This document shows, piece by piece, positions 22,852 through 33,003 of a stretch of DNA of 33,003 nucleotides. The translations under genes were made by a program, and so were the position numbers. The stretch comes from Coniocarpon cinnabarinum (Eukaryota), in assembly GCA_051942205.1 (NCBI GenBank), contig JAVECO010000087.1:62001-95003 (forward strand), in the 5' to 3' direction. Within the stretch, counting starts at the first letter, position 1. Each line of letters begins with the position of its first letter. A model generated the notes under the pieces. The model did not search any database. It was not told where the DNA came from and saw only the letters and a program-made list of their open reading frames with translations.

Positions 22852-25800
22852 CTACGCATTCCTCGCACCTCCCGCCCGTCCACCCCGTTCCTTAGCCTTC
22901 ATCCTCTGCACCTTCTTCAATTTATACTTCCTCGGATCCTTGCGACTCATCGCCGCCGGATCACGGGTGCCTCGTCCACCCTCCCAAAACCCGCGTCCCC
23001 GTTTCTTGATAACACTCCGTCCACACACCCCACAAGCATCAGGACGATAGATCTGCTCGCGCGAACAATACCCACAAATCATTCGATTCGCCATTTCCTG
23101 TGCGTGTCCATTCCCTTCTTTGCTCTGCACGAATTCATCGTGGCAGCGGTCACAGGGGTATACAGATCCGCAACAGGAGAAACGGAACCAGCGGAAGGAC
23201 TTGGCGTAGTGGCGACAGGTGCCTCGCGCCGGCAGTTCTGTCCCAGCCACGATACCGAGGCGTTCGCGAGGACGTTTCGAAGCGCGAAGAGGAAGAGAAA
23301 TGGAAGAGGGGCCGACGCGCAGGAACTTGACTTCAGGGTAGGCGAAGGACATTTTGGTGTGGCACGCGCGACAGATGGCGAGGGTGCTGGAGGGGCTTGG
23401 GGCGGCGATGGCGCCCGAGGAGAGGGATGTAGAACAGGTTGCGCAGGTTGGTATGAAGGTTGAAGGTAATAGCGTAAGCGGCGTGCAGGACTCGGCGTCG
23501 AGGTAGCCGGCGCGGGTGGAGGAGGAGTGCATGAGGTCGGGGCGGAGGGCGATGTAGAGACTGGCGGCGCATTTGCGGCAGGTAACGGTTCGTCCGTTGT
23601 CTGCAGATGCTGAGGCAGTGGGCGCGGAGGAAGTGGTGGTTGAGGGGTCAGGGGTTGAATTGAAGGGTTTGAGGTTGTGGACGTCAGTGGTTTCCTTGCA
23701 GCGGTCGCATTTTAGTGTCAACGAGAGGGAGGAGAGCTCGAGGAGCTCGATGTTTTGTAAGGATAGAGAAGGCAGAGAGAGGAGGATGCCTGCTTCACGG
23801 GGGGTATTTGTCGCAACAGGACCCTGTTCGGAGGAGGCATTCGCAGTGGCTTCATCTTCTGACTCGGAGTCAAAATCCTCAGAGTCGTCGTCGCTGTCGT
23901 AGCTATCGCTGTGATCGTCGTCTGACCCTGAGGGGTTGTCCCACTCTGGAGGTCGTGGTATGTACTTGACGTGGTCTTTGTCAGTGTCGAGGACAGTCTC
24001 GCGCTGGGATGCCGGTAGAGCATCCTTTGCTTGTTCCTCATATGGCGTCTCGGGAGCCGGATGAGAAGGAGGTTCAATACGAGGCTTCAGTGGCTCCTCT
24101 TTTGCCATGGCTGCAATGTTCTGGGCGAGATAGTTGATCTGAGCAAGGAGCGTCATGTCGGGGTGCGCCAAAGCTCGTCTAGTGAAAGCGGCCCCGACAG
24201 TTCGACCAACATCGCTCCCAACATCAAACAACTCAATGCTTGGTGGCTCGAGATGATACTCACGAGGTACGAGCAACCGCACTGCATTCAAAGCACGAAG
24301 CTCCTGTGGTAGAGCATCTGACGCCCGTGGTACAACTGGAACTGTAAAGATGGTACCGTCGGCTTCTGCTTTGAACTGGGGATGCCGCCCTACACGTTGT
24401 TGCAGCTGCTGCGTCTCTGTCTGGCGTCTGGCGGCGGCTTCCTCCACCTGCCGAGCTGTCCGCCGGGGACGAGGAGCCTCCTTTTTCCCAATCCCGGACG
24501 GAGATTGTGCTGCAGTAGCAGTGTGGACTACCGCCGGCTCCCGCAGTGGTGCAGCTGAAGCATGGCTCGCAGCAGTATTAGGTACAAGTCGAATCGTTTC
24601 GGCCTTGGTCGCGGTCAATAATTGCTCGAGTCGACGGTCGAGCAATTTCATCGCATTGAGCAGCGACTTCTGCCGAAGATCGCCCCAGATGGCACTAAAA
24701 CCACGTTCCACATTGAGTTGATAGCCCCGCTCCATTTCGCCATTGGTGACCCTTAACGAGGGCGGCTCCATGGGGAAACCAGCCGGGACCCGCAACGTGC
24801 ACTCCAGCCGGTCGATGTCGAATGGAAAATCCGGATCCGAAGGCGGCATTCCAAATTGGAGGAAGAGGGCCCAATCGTGGCCAACATCCTCTGTAGCACC
24901 AAAACGCTTCTTTATTTGACCCGCCTGAAAAGCTCGCGGATCTTGGCTTTCTGCCTGGGCGTGCGGGCGTGGCACCCCTCGATCCTTCGGGGCGTACAAG
25001 GTGCTCCTGGAATCTGTGCTCACCTGATCAGGCTTCTGAAGGGCCATCGAGGAGGATTGGGTGGCGCTCTCCGCCGACGCCGTTCCTCCATCTCTTGGAC
25101 TCGCTTCGCTCCGATCCTCAGGCTCCTTCACCCTCTGAACGTCGTGCCGGAAATGGCACTTATCTCCAGCGCGACAGCCTACAAAGACCCGCAATCAGCA
25201 CGTGTGCAGTCATATAACGTCAGCAGAGAGAAATATTGGCCGGCCGCCCGGGACGGTGTGACCGATGCCAGACGCCCGACTAAGACCCCGTAGGATTGCA
25301 TGATTCCATCACGACGCTCGCAGCAGCCGCAGCGCGAGATTGCGACATGAGCCTAGCTAGTCGCACACAGGCAATGACAGAGATGCGAGCGGCCGTTGTA
25401 TCGAGTACTCACCTTTCTTGGTGCCATAGAAGCGGCACAGCTGCTGGCCCGTCTTCCTATTGCTGCGCGTGCGCGATCCTTCAGCTCGTGGCCGCACGGG
25501 ACCCTTGACGGGGTCAGCGGACGAACCGGCCGGCTGGGTCGTCGGCGTCGACGTCGTCGCAGCGGTGTTATGCCCCGCTTGAGGAGGGTGCGGAGGCTGT
25601 GGAGATGCTGGGGAAGTCGAGGTCGCACCCGTGGGCCGGGCGGTGGGGGCTGACGGGCGATCAGTCAGCGCTCATGCACGCGGGAGGAGGTGACAGGACA
25701 ACGTGTGGCGGACGGATGAGGCAATGGGGGGAGGGATGGCGCAAATCCCGGTCGCGTGCGGAAGCGCAGGGATGGTGGAGGAGGTGATGGAGGAGGAGGA

Positions 25801-26025
25801 TGATGGTGATGGTGGTGGTGCTCAGGCCGCGAGGCTGCCTCTTTGCTCTGGCGGCGCAGTGCTGACGCTGGAGAAGGACTGCAAATGGGCAAGAGCGAGG
25901 AGGGTGTCCGTTGGGACGAGGTACGTACCTGGTGAGAGGGCGTGGTGAGCGCTGGTAGGTGGGAGGCGAGCCGCAGCGGGCTGGGGCGAGAGGCGTGTAT
26001 CTCCAAGTGCCGGGGACAGCGTCAT
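22852..26025 (-). CDS. Uncharacterised CCCH + CHY zinc-finger protein, ~886 aa; exons 26025-25929 (tentative), 25649-25413, 25178-22852
   Basis: Splicing 25412-25179 rebuilds a CCCH finger (CRFYGTKKGCRAGDKCHFRH). Several CxxC pairs follow, then a C-terminal CHY finger (CRHYAKSFRWFRFSCCGSVYPCDRCHD..MICGYCSREQ..CGVC) and GFWEGGRGTRD..MSRKDPRKYK. Confidence 0.85.
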
Positions 26026-29000
26026 CGAAGAGCGGTCTGCCGGATGCAGCGCGCGCGGGTGCGTGTACGTATACGTATACAACAGGTCACGGTAGGAGAT
26101 GGCGGTGATGGCCTCCCTGTCGTTGTTGTTATTGTCGTCGTAGTCGTTGTATCCAGGCCTGTCTCTCTCCCACCGGGCCTCGACCTGCGCGAATAAGCAG
26201 TCGCCTTTGAACTGCCCAAAGCGGACAGTGCCAACACCACTGGAGCTGTCACCAGCGCGGGCGTCACTGGCCGCTCAATACTCTCTGCAAACCTTCGAGG
26301 ACGCCAGGCGTACAGAGGACTGCGGAGACCACCCCCGGCGATAGGAAGGTCGGTCGAGTCGAGCCTGTGGCGGAAATGGGACAACGTCAGATGGCCCTGT
26401 CCGCTTGCTTGGGGAGTTGCCGGAAGGTGAGGTGCTGTGCCGCGTGGGTAGAGAAGCTAAGCGAGAGGGCGAGTGGCAGAGGAGAGGAACAGGTACAGGC
26501 ACAGGCACGACAAGGTCAGCTGGTCAGCTGGTCGAGGATAGAGAGCTCAATTCACCGCTTGCGCCCGCCCACTCGCTCCCAAAGAGATACCTCCCCACTG
26601 CCGTGCACTGTTTCAGACGTCTGGATGCGGGCGCGCGTTCTTGTCCACGTTGCAGTGCAGATGGGTGATGGGCCTCGTCAACCGTCGTCCCCGCCGCCGG
26701 CTTATGAGGATGCGATGGATGCCTGTGTATCGGAGTACATGCGACCTGCACTCGACATGCGTCAACGCCACTCGCCGGCCACGTGAGTCACTCCGCGACC
26801 GTCCCCCAGAGTCAGCCTATATCGTTCTCTCTCTCCCCAGTATCCCCGTCCCCTCGGCGCGTCCGGCTGCGGCGGTGGCGTTGAGCGGTATTCCGGTGCC
26901 TGTGCCTGTCACCACGCAACCACCCCTGTGTTGCTGCTGCCGGTACAAGATACAAAGATACGAGATGCTTCGTACCCGTGTCCAGCGCGCGACGTCTGCG
27001 GCCTTCTCCGGCGCCCTGTCGTCACCGTCGCGCGCCCTCCAATCTCGCACATGCGGTGATGACTGATGGATCACCGTCCATCAGTATGTCCAATAAACTC
27101 CGTCGTGTCCGATGTCTGGGCGAGATGCGAGATGCAAGACGTAATGCATCCATACACGTCACCGGCTGGCGTGCGCCACTGTGGCACAGGGCATTACCCA
27201 GCCGGGGATTTGGGGATGCCAGAGTGCTCTTCAGTTCTGTGCCCCAAACCTTCTCGAAATTCCTCCGCAGGGTGGGCCCGCCGCCTCGATCGCCGGACCA
27301 CGTGCCCTCTCTGCCGGGCTGCTAGGGTCGGCGATCTGCCGAGACCTCCAGCCGAGCCATCCTTTGCCTTCTCTTGACTCGAGCGCGTCGACTCTCTCTC
27401 AAAACTCTAAATGTCAGGCACCAGGGCCGGGCGCTTGTCTGTCTGCCCTTCTGACCTGGTCGTCCGCGAGCTTTCCAGGAACCAAAGCGAACTACCCTCC
27501 CACGCGGCCAAGCGCCTCGTCCGGGTAACGAGTATCCCACTCGCGTCGATCGCATCGACACAGATGGTCTCCGATCAGGAAATGCAAATGCGATGACGCT
27601 CAGCGATCTCGGCCACAGGGCAGTAGCCATATCCTTCTGAGCCGAGACAATCGCGTCGAGTCTGATCTGATCTCATCACAGACCAGAACCCGGCAATTGG
27701 AGCAGAAGGCATGCATCGCGCGTAGTACGACAACTAGGGCCGCGACGCACTCTTTATTGCTGAATTACTCCATCTGGGGAGAATATCTGAATGCGGGTGG
27801 CAATTACGTCCTGGCCGTTGGATGTGATGGCGAGTAAATACGCAGAACGCGTGTCGCCAGTCCGGCGCAGCGATAGCGTCTCGCAAAGTTTACTCGTGTG
27901 ATCGTCTCCTGATGCGCGCCACTCGAGCCTGTTGCATGTGGCTGTCTCGTCACTGTATCTCAAATGGAGCAATTATTGCATCCAACGTCGTCGTTCGGAG
28001 GATGGACTAGATGAGGTAACAGGGACGAAGCAGAAATGGACACACCCACAGTATTTCCGTAAACGAGGAAGCTGGCACAGAGTTTGTTTTTGTTGTGGTG
28101 TGGTGTATAGGTAGCTTCCATTTGGGGAGCCATGGGTGTCAGGACGCGTTCATGTGTCGCGTGAGGGATTAGACGGTGAGAGCTCTCTGTACCCTTGATG
28201 GCTTGCTGGCTTGGTGGCTTGTTCCCATCATCCGTGACGGGTCTCAGTACCTGTGTTGGCTCCCTAGCTTGCTCAATGGCGCTCTCTTCCGGGTCGCTCG
28301 GATCGCTGGAATTGCGCCCTTGTGAACCCTTACGTCCCTGGCTGAAGGTTCGAGGGAGAGCAACTCCTGTGACTCTGGCTAAGGGTCCAAAGGAAAGTGG
28401 CAAGACACGTCCAGGAGAGTAGGTGGTACATCGCGAGCAATTGGGTCATGCTCCCAAATTGGCAGTCCTGAGTATCATATGCAACATTTCAATATGAGCA
28501 TAGACACATACACAATAATGTCCGAGGTGCATATCAAATACACGAACACAAATACTGCCAAGTTTCAAGAAACTCGAGGACGTCACTGAGAACGACGAGT
28601 CCACACGAGTTGTACTGTAAACATGATCCACATAACGCGTATTTGTTGAGCAACCCCAGTGGACCCTATGCCCTTCTGCCCTCCTTGGGTAGTCACATCA
28701 TAGCTACGACGCGCGCACGACGATGGTATACACTTAGATTGCTATACAACCTCTCCCATTTTAGTCCTCCTCCCTCCACCACCGTCCTCAACATCCCCAT
28801 ACGAGCAACGTCATGCCCACAATAATATCCGAGTTGCATGCACGTGAATTCAAATCACAAACACAACACACACAATTCCCAAGGCCTCCAGAAAGACTAC
28901 GCATGTGAACAAACGCCAACCACAACACGAGAACGTAAGAGTAAAACTGTTGGGGCAACCTACCAGCCCATCACCCCCATCCCATCCCATCCCATCCGTC

Positions 29001-29614
29001 CCTCTAGCTCCCCCTTCTACCTAGGTAGGTAGCTCTTCCCTTCCAGCTCCTCCACCGAGGACATCCACCGAGGACATCCCCATCCCTTTCTCTAAATCAC
29101 ATCATAGCTCCTTCTCACTCACTCACTCAACCAAGCTCACTCACCGAATCTTGCGTTCCCCACCTTTTGCTTTTCCACTGGACACCCTTTTCCGTGACCT
29201 TTTTCTTTCCCTTCAAGTGACCCCACTTTACGCGTCACATTCAAAGCGTCACGTTTCGGACCGAAAGTGTAGCTGAGCTGAGCTGAGCTGGGTGAGGTAT
29301 AGCTGAGGAGATCAAATGGGAGCAAGGCGGAGAAAGGCACAGCCAGGCGAATGATCGAGGCAACAAGGCATCCACTATTACAGCGTGCAGCCAAGCATGG
29401 ATAGAGAAAAAGGTCACCGGCTTGTAAACAAGTAAAATAGAAGACGCAATACTGGCGGTGGAGAAAAGTTGGCGTCCAGCCTTTGCATGAAGCTGCAGTA
29501 GCTCCGCCGGGTCATTACCGTACATCACTCATCCTGAGAACAACAGCACAAACACCAGTGCGTACGCTGTCCACGCTCACGTTTACGCTCACGTTCACGT
29601 CTTCACCCTCATCG

Positions 29615-29647
29615 TCCTCCTCCTCCTCCTCCTCCTCCTCCTCCTCC
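29615..29647 (+). repeat. (TCC)11 microsatellite
   Basis: Read directly. Confidence 0.95.
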
Positions 29648-29806
29648 TCTCCTTCCCACCCACCATCCCTAGAAGCTAGAATACAAACACATGCGCACCG
29701 TGCACGTTCACGTCTTTGCTCTCGTCGTCTTCCTTCCCACCCACCATCCCTAGTCCCACCGAGGCACCGCTGCGCTGGCGATCACGCGCGTCTTTGGATG
29801 GGGTCT

Positions 29807-29830
29807 CTGCTGCTGCTGCTGCTGCTGCTG
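29807..29830 (+). repeat. (CTG)8 microsatellite
   Basis: Read directly. Confidence 0.95.
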
Positions 29831-30562
29831 CAGCAAGGCGCTTCTGCCGCAGGGACTCGACATTTCCAGTATTGTCATTTCTCGATAGGTCCATGCCGCA
29901 CGTCGTTTCCGTAACGGGCTCCAGTTATTGGCTTCCGTGACCGAATTAGCCAATGCTCCGTGATGTCGACAGGGGCCAATGCATGAGATTTGTGTTTTTG
30001 CACGAGACCTGCTTGGCAGCATGGCAGAGGGATGATTACATCACAGCAGAACAAGGTCAAGCACGGTGGAGAAGAGATCAAAATCATCTGACACATCTTC
30101 AATTGATTGATCGCCTCAGGAAGAGGAATCCTGAGGCGATACATACTCTACATTGCTATATAGCTTCTCTCCGATCGGGAGACGTTACTTCTACGCTGGG
30201 CCCCATGCCGCAAGCGTCTCACAGAGGAAGTGAGACACGAGCGAGCACCGCCAGGTGAAGTCAGATGAAGAAAGGAAAAAAAGTTGGTCAAATCCCCCGG
30301 TATTTGCCTTTGCTGTGGGTTGCCCCATTATCCGTGCTTTTAGTGGTATTGGGTAGTAGTTTGTGATCATCATCGTAGCCTCCTCGTGGTGGAGGGCTCG
30401 TGGTTGCTTGCTGTGCAACCAGCGTCGTTATTGTAACTTCCGGACATCGTCGCTTGAACGCGAAAAGTATATACACACACACAATCGTCGTGAGACGGAA
30501 ACTGTAGGGAAATGGGAAAAAGTCGGAAAAGTGCCGCAGTAAAGCGTGTCGCTCGGTGTCAA

Positions 30563-32305
30563 TTACCACCCGGCTTCGTGGTAGTCGCTGCTGCGCTGCT
30601 CGAAGTAGTGGTCCCACTGGGCAGACTTGTTTTTCAAATCGCCGTTGCCCGCTGCTTTTGGAGCCTCGCCGTGCTCCGGGAGCTTGCCCATGCGGGGGAC
30701 GTCGTAAGCCGTATGAGCACGACGCATTTGCGTAGGATCAATCTGCAGCGGATTGCGCTGCTGGCGCTCGCTCAGCATGTGCTTGCGGAGCGATTCAGAA
30801 AGCTCGCCATTCATCATGTTGCGGCGAGTGGTGCGAGGCGACGTGAGCGGAGGCAAAGCCTGAGTGTTCGTCGTTGTGTGGATGATGGGCTTCGACGCTC
30901 CCATTTGATGAGCTCGCATCTCCAGTTGAGAGTCGGCCTCGGGCGATCCGGGCATAGAGGGACCATTAGGTGTAGATGTACGGGAGCGCTTGTATGTTGG
31001 GGTGGCGTAAAGCGTGTTGTTGCGCTGGCCTTCCAAAGTAAGCGTGAGAGCAGACTTGCGTGAGGGCAAGTGTGCAGCAGAGTCGACGCGATAGAACTTC
31101 ATCTCGTCCTTCTTCTGAGGCTCAGACGGCTGAGTGTCAGAGCCTTCGTCTTCCCATGCATCGTCGTCTTCCTCCTCAATAGCACTCTCAGAGACTTCCG
31201 AGTCAGAGCCATCTTCATCGTCGCTCTCATCAAAGACTGCGGCATCTTCGTGGGCGTTGGGCTTCATCACAGCGACCTCGTCCTTGAACGAGGTCTGTTT
31301 CTTCGGAGCTGGGTTCAGCTTGGACGAGCCACCAGAGGAGCGCAATGAACGAGAGATCACACTGTCACGTAGGGACTCCTCTTCTTCGCCAGACCCACCA
31401 GAGCCTGAGGAACAACCAAGCATGAACATGCCGTTGCTCTTCTTCTGGCTGAGGCCGGGGAGTGACACGGACGGTTTCTTCAGGATCGGCTGTGGCTGCG
31501 GTTGCGGGGCCATTTGGATCTTGGACGTGTAGGAAGTGACGCCACTGGGGCCCGGCGTAAAGCCACGTACAATGCTGTGCTGAGAGCTGGTATTGGACGA
31601 GGCGGTCGTGTCAGATTTGCCACCAGCCGAGGTAAAGCTGTCCGTGGCAGCAGTGGCAACAGTGGACGTTGAGGACTCGGTCACGACGTGGCGTGGGGAG
31701 GGCGCGGCTGCAAGGTTGGAGCCCGTCGGAGCAGGTCGGGAAGCCTCGGTCGCACGTGACGGAGGCATGGTGCGAGCCTGGCGGTGAAATTCGTGTGGCT
31801 GCTTGATGGAATGAACCATGTTACGGAGGTCCAGAGGCGTGATGTGACGCTCCTGGGGCTGTCGCTGGTCCTTGCGGATCGCAATGGAGCCGGACGCAGA
31901 GAGAGCCGAAGTGGCTGCAGTGTCTTCCTCGGATTCGGTGGAAGAGCTCGACTCGACGCTGGTGGACAGCTGAGGAATCGAAGAGTGGACAGAAGACGCC
32001 GGAGTGTTCTGCGGCGTGGGTGCGGAGCGCTGGATGGGTCTCTGATTGCGAAGGCAACACAGGCGTTCACGATTCCAGAGACGCCAGCTCAGGTTGCGAA
32101 GACGCTCGCCTTGGTCGACGACATGCGATGTCTTGGAGAAGGCTGCAAGTGGGCGCGTTAGCGGGTGCACAGAGATGTGCTCAATGCCAGGAACATTGTC
32201 CTTACCAGACCAGAGGAGAGCCAAATGGGCCGGATCCTGAGGATCGTAGCTGCTGATTCTCGACTCGTCGAGAGTGAGGACGGGCGTAATCATTGTGGAG
32301 AGCAT
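30563..32305 (-). CDS. DUF1752 + DUF3295 protein (Mks1-like regulator), ~559 aa; exons 32305-32206 and 32142-30563
   Basis: N-terminal GERLRNLSWRLWNRE motif, SESAIEEEDDDAWED, and C-terminal SPRTTRRNMMNGELSESLRKHMLSERQQ..YHEAGW. GTAAGG..GCTAAC..CAG intron at 32205-32143. Confidence 0.85.
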   Translation of the reverse strand: MLSTMITPVLTLDESRISSYDPQDPAHLALLWSGKDNVPGIEHISVHPLTRPLAAFSKTSHVVDQGERLRNLSWRLWNRERLCCLRNQRPIQRSAPTPQNTPASSVHSSIPQLSTSVESSSSTESEEDTAATSALSASGSIAIRKDQRQPQERHITPLDLRNMVHSIKQPHEFHRQARTMPPSRATEASRPAPTGSNLAAAPSPRHVVTESSTSTVATAATDSFTSAGGKSDTTASSNTSSQHSIVRGFTPGPSGVTSYTSKIQMAPQPQPQPILKKPSVSLPGLSQKKSNGMFMLGCSSGSGGSGEEEESLRDSVISRSLRSSGGSSKLNPAPKKQTSFKDEVAVMKPNAHEDAAVFDESDDEDGSDSEVSESAIEEEDDDAWEDEGSDTQPSEPQKKDEMKFYRVDSAAHLPSRKSALTLTLEGQRNNTLYATPTYKRSRTSTPNGPSMPGSPEADSQLEMRAHQMGASKPIIHTTTNTQALPPLTSPRTTRRNMMNGELSESLRKHMLSERQQRNPLQIDPTQMRRAHTAYDVPRMGKLPEHGEAPKAAGNGDLKNKSAQWDHYFEQRSSDYHEAGW

Positions 32306-33003
32306 GGCGAGGCGCGCTTGCCCATCAGTTGAAAGTGGCGGTGACGAGAAGCACGATCGCCAGAGAGTGGTAGAGGTGCAATGACCGCCGTGGGGGTGGA
32401 AAGCGACGCAGGCTGAGAAAGTAGCACGCAAGGGCGCGACGAGTTTGCTTTGTAGAGCGGGAGAATGACGTGCAGTGCCGGAAGCAACTCGGCTGGCGGG
32501 GGTGAAAGGCGACTTGCACGGACGCGAGCAAGCAGCACCACTCGTTGCTGGAATTGGACCTCACGTCTGCCCGTCTTTGGCCAACGCTGCCGAAGTGACA
32601 AACGTCCAGACTGCGTGGCGGGGAGCAGAGTGTGGAGTGAACCGGTGGAGCGAGGAAAAAGGTTAATCGGGAGAGTGGTGTTGGGGTGAGGTGGAAGTCC
32701 GGCAGGCGGGCGAGTGAGAAAGCGAAGGTCGAGTGGAGGAAGAGGAGGAGGAAGAGGCGTCGAATAATTATGAGGTCGAAGCAGGACCAGGGCCGGTGAG
32801 AGAAAGAGACGGGGGCCGGTGTTGGGCACGATCTGGCTTTTGAGAGGAGGTGGGAGAAGGAGGGAGGTGAAGGTGTTGTGTTGTCCAGATGGCAGATGGC
32901 AGATGGCAGCAGGAGAACGGATGGGGACAGGCTTGCAGTTATGAGGAGCGGAGGAACGAGGGAAGGGAAGGGAAGGGAAGGGCCCGGGCAGGCAGGGCAG
33001 GGC

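Noticed and set aside
25220..25312. C/D snoRNA-like boxes (GTGATGG..CTGA) in CHY-gene intron 2, minus strand
   Set aside because: Imperfect C box, the CTGA doubles as a branch-point-like motif, and I recognised no rRNA guide.
27066..27377. ORF ending W..TTCPLCR, like a RING C-terminus
   Set aside because: The other RING Cys/His ligands are not at valid spacing; probably chance.
27960..28403. 147-aa minus-strand ORF in the large gap
   Set aside because: TTG start, no upstream in-frame ATG before a stop, and no recognisable domain.
1..33003. tRNA, rRNA, CRISPR arrays, transposons, telomeric arrays
   Set aside because: None seen by eye. The window is eukaryotic and shows no transposase or RT ORF, LTR/TIR pair or AT-rich RIP tract.

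Overview
Compact fungal (Pezizomycotina, probably Dothideomycete-like) nuclear DNA with short spliceosomal introns. Nine protein genes can be modelled by hand: a DOCK-family GEF (runs off the left edge), SCP160/vigilin, SWF1, ZDS1, GEM1/Miro, creC, a creD-type arrestin, a CCCH/CHY zinc-finger protein and a DUF1752/DUF3295 (Mks1-like) protein. The main find is the apparently empty gap between creD and the CHY gene. About 20423-22222 (+) looks like an unannotated ~1.8-kb telomerase RNA gene. It shows paired 5'/3' ends, nested long-range helices, a candidate pseudoknot, a CR4/5-like junction with a P6.1 hairpin, and a terminal Sm-like site plus a half-intron lacking a normal 3' splice site. Its best template candidate (CCUACCCU) predicts TAGGG rather than TTAGGG telomeres. 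All structures were read by eye; no folding or database search was run.
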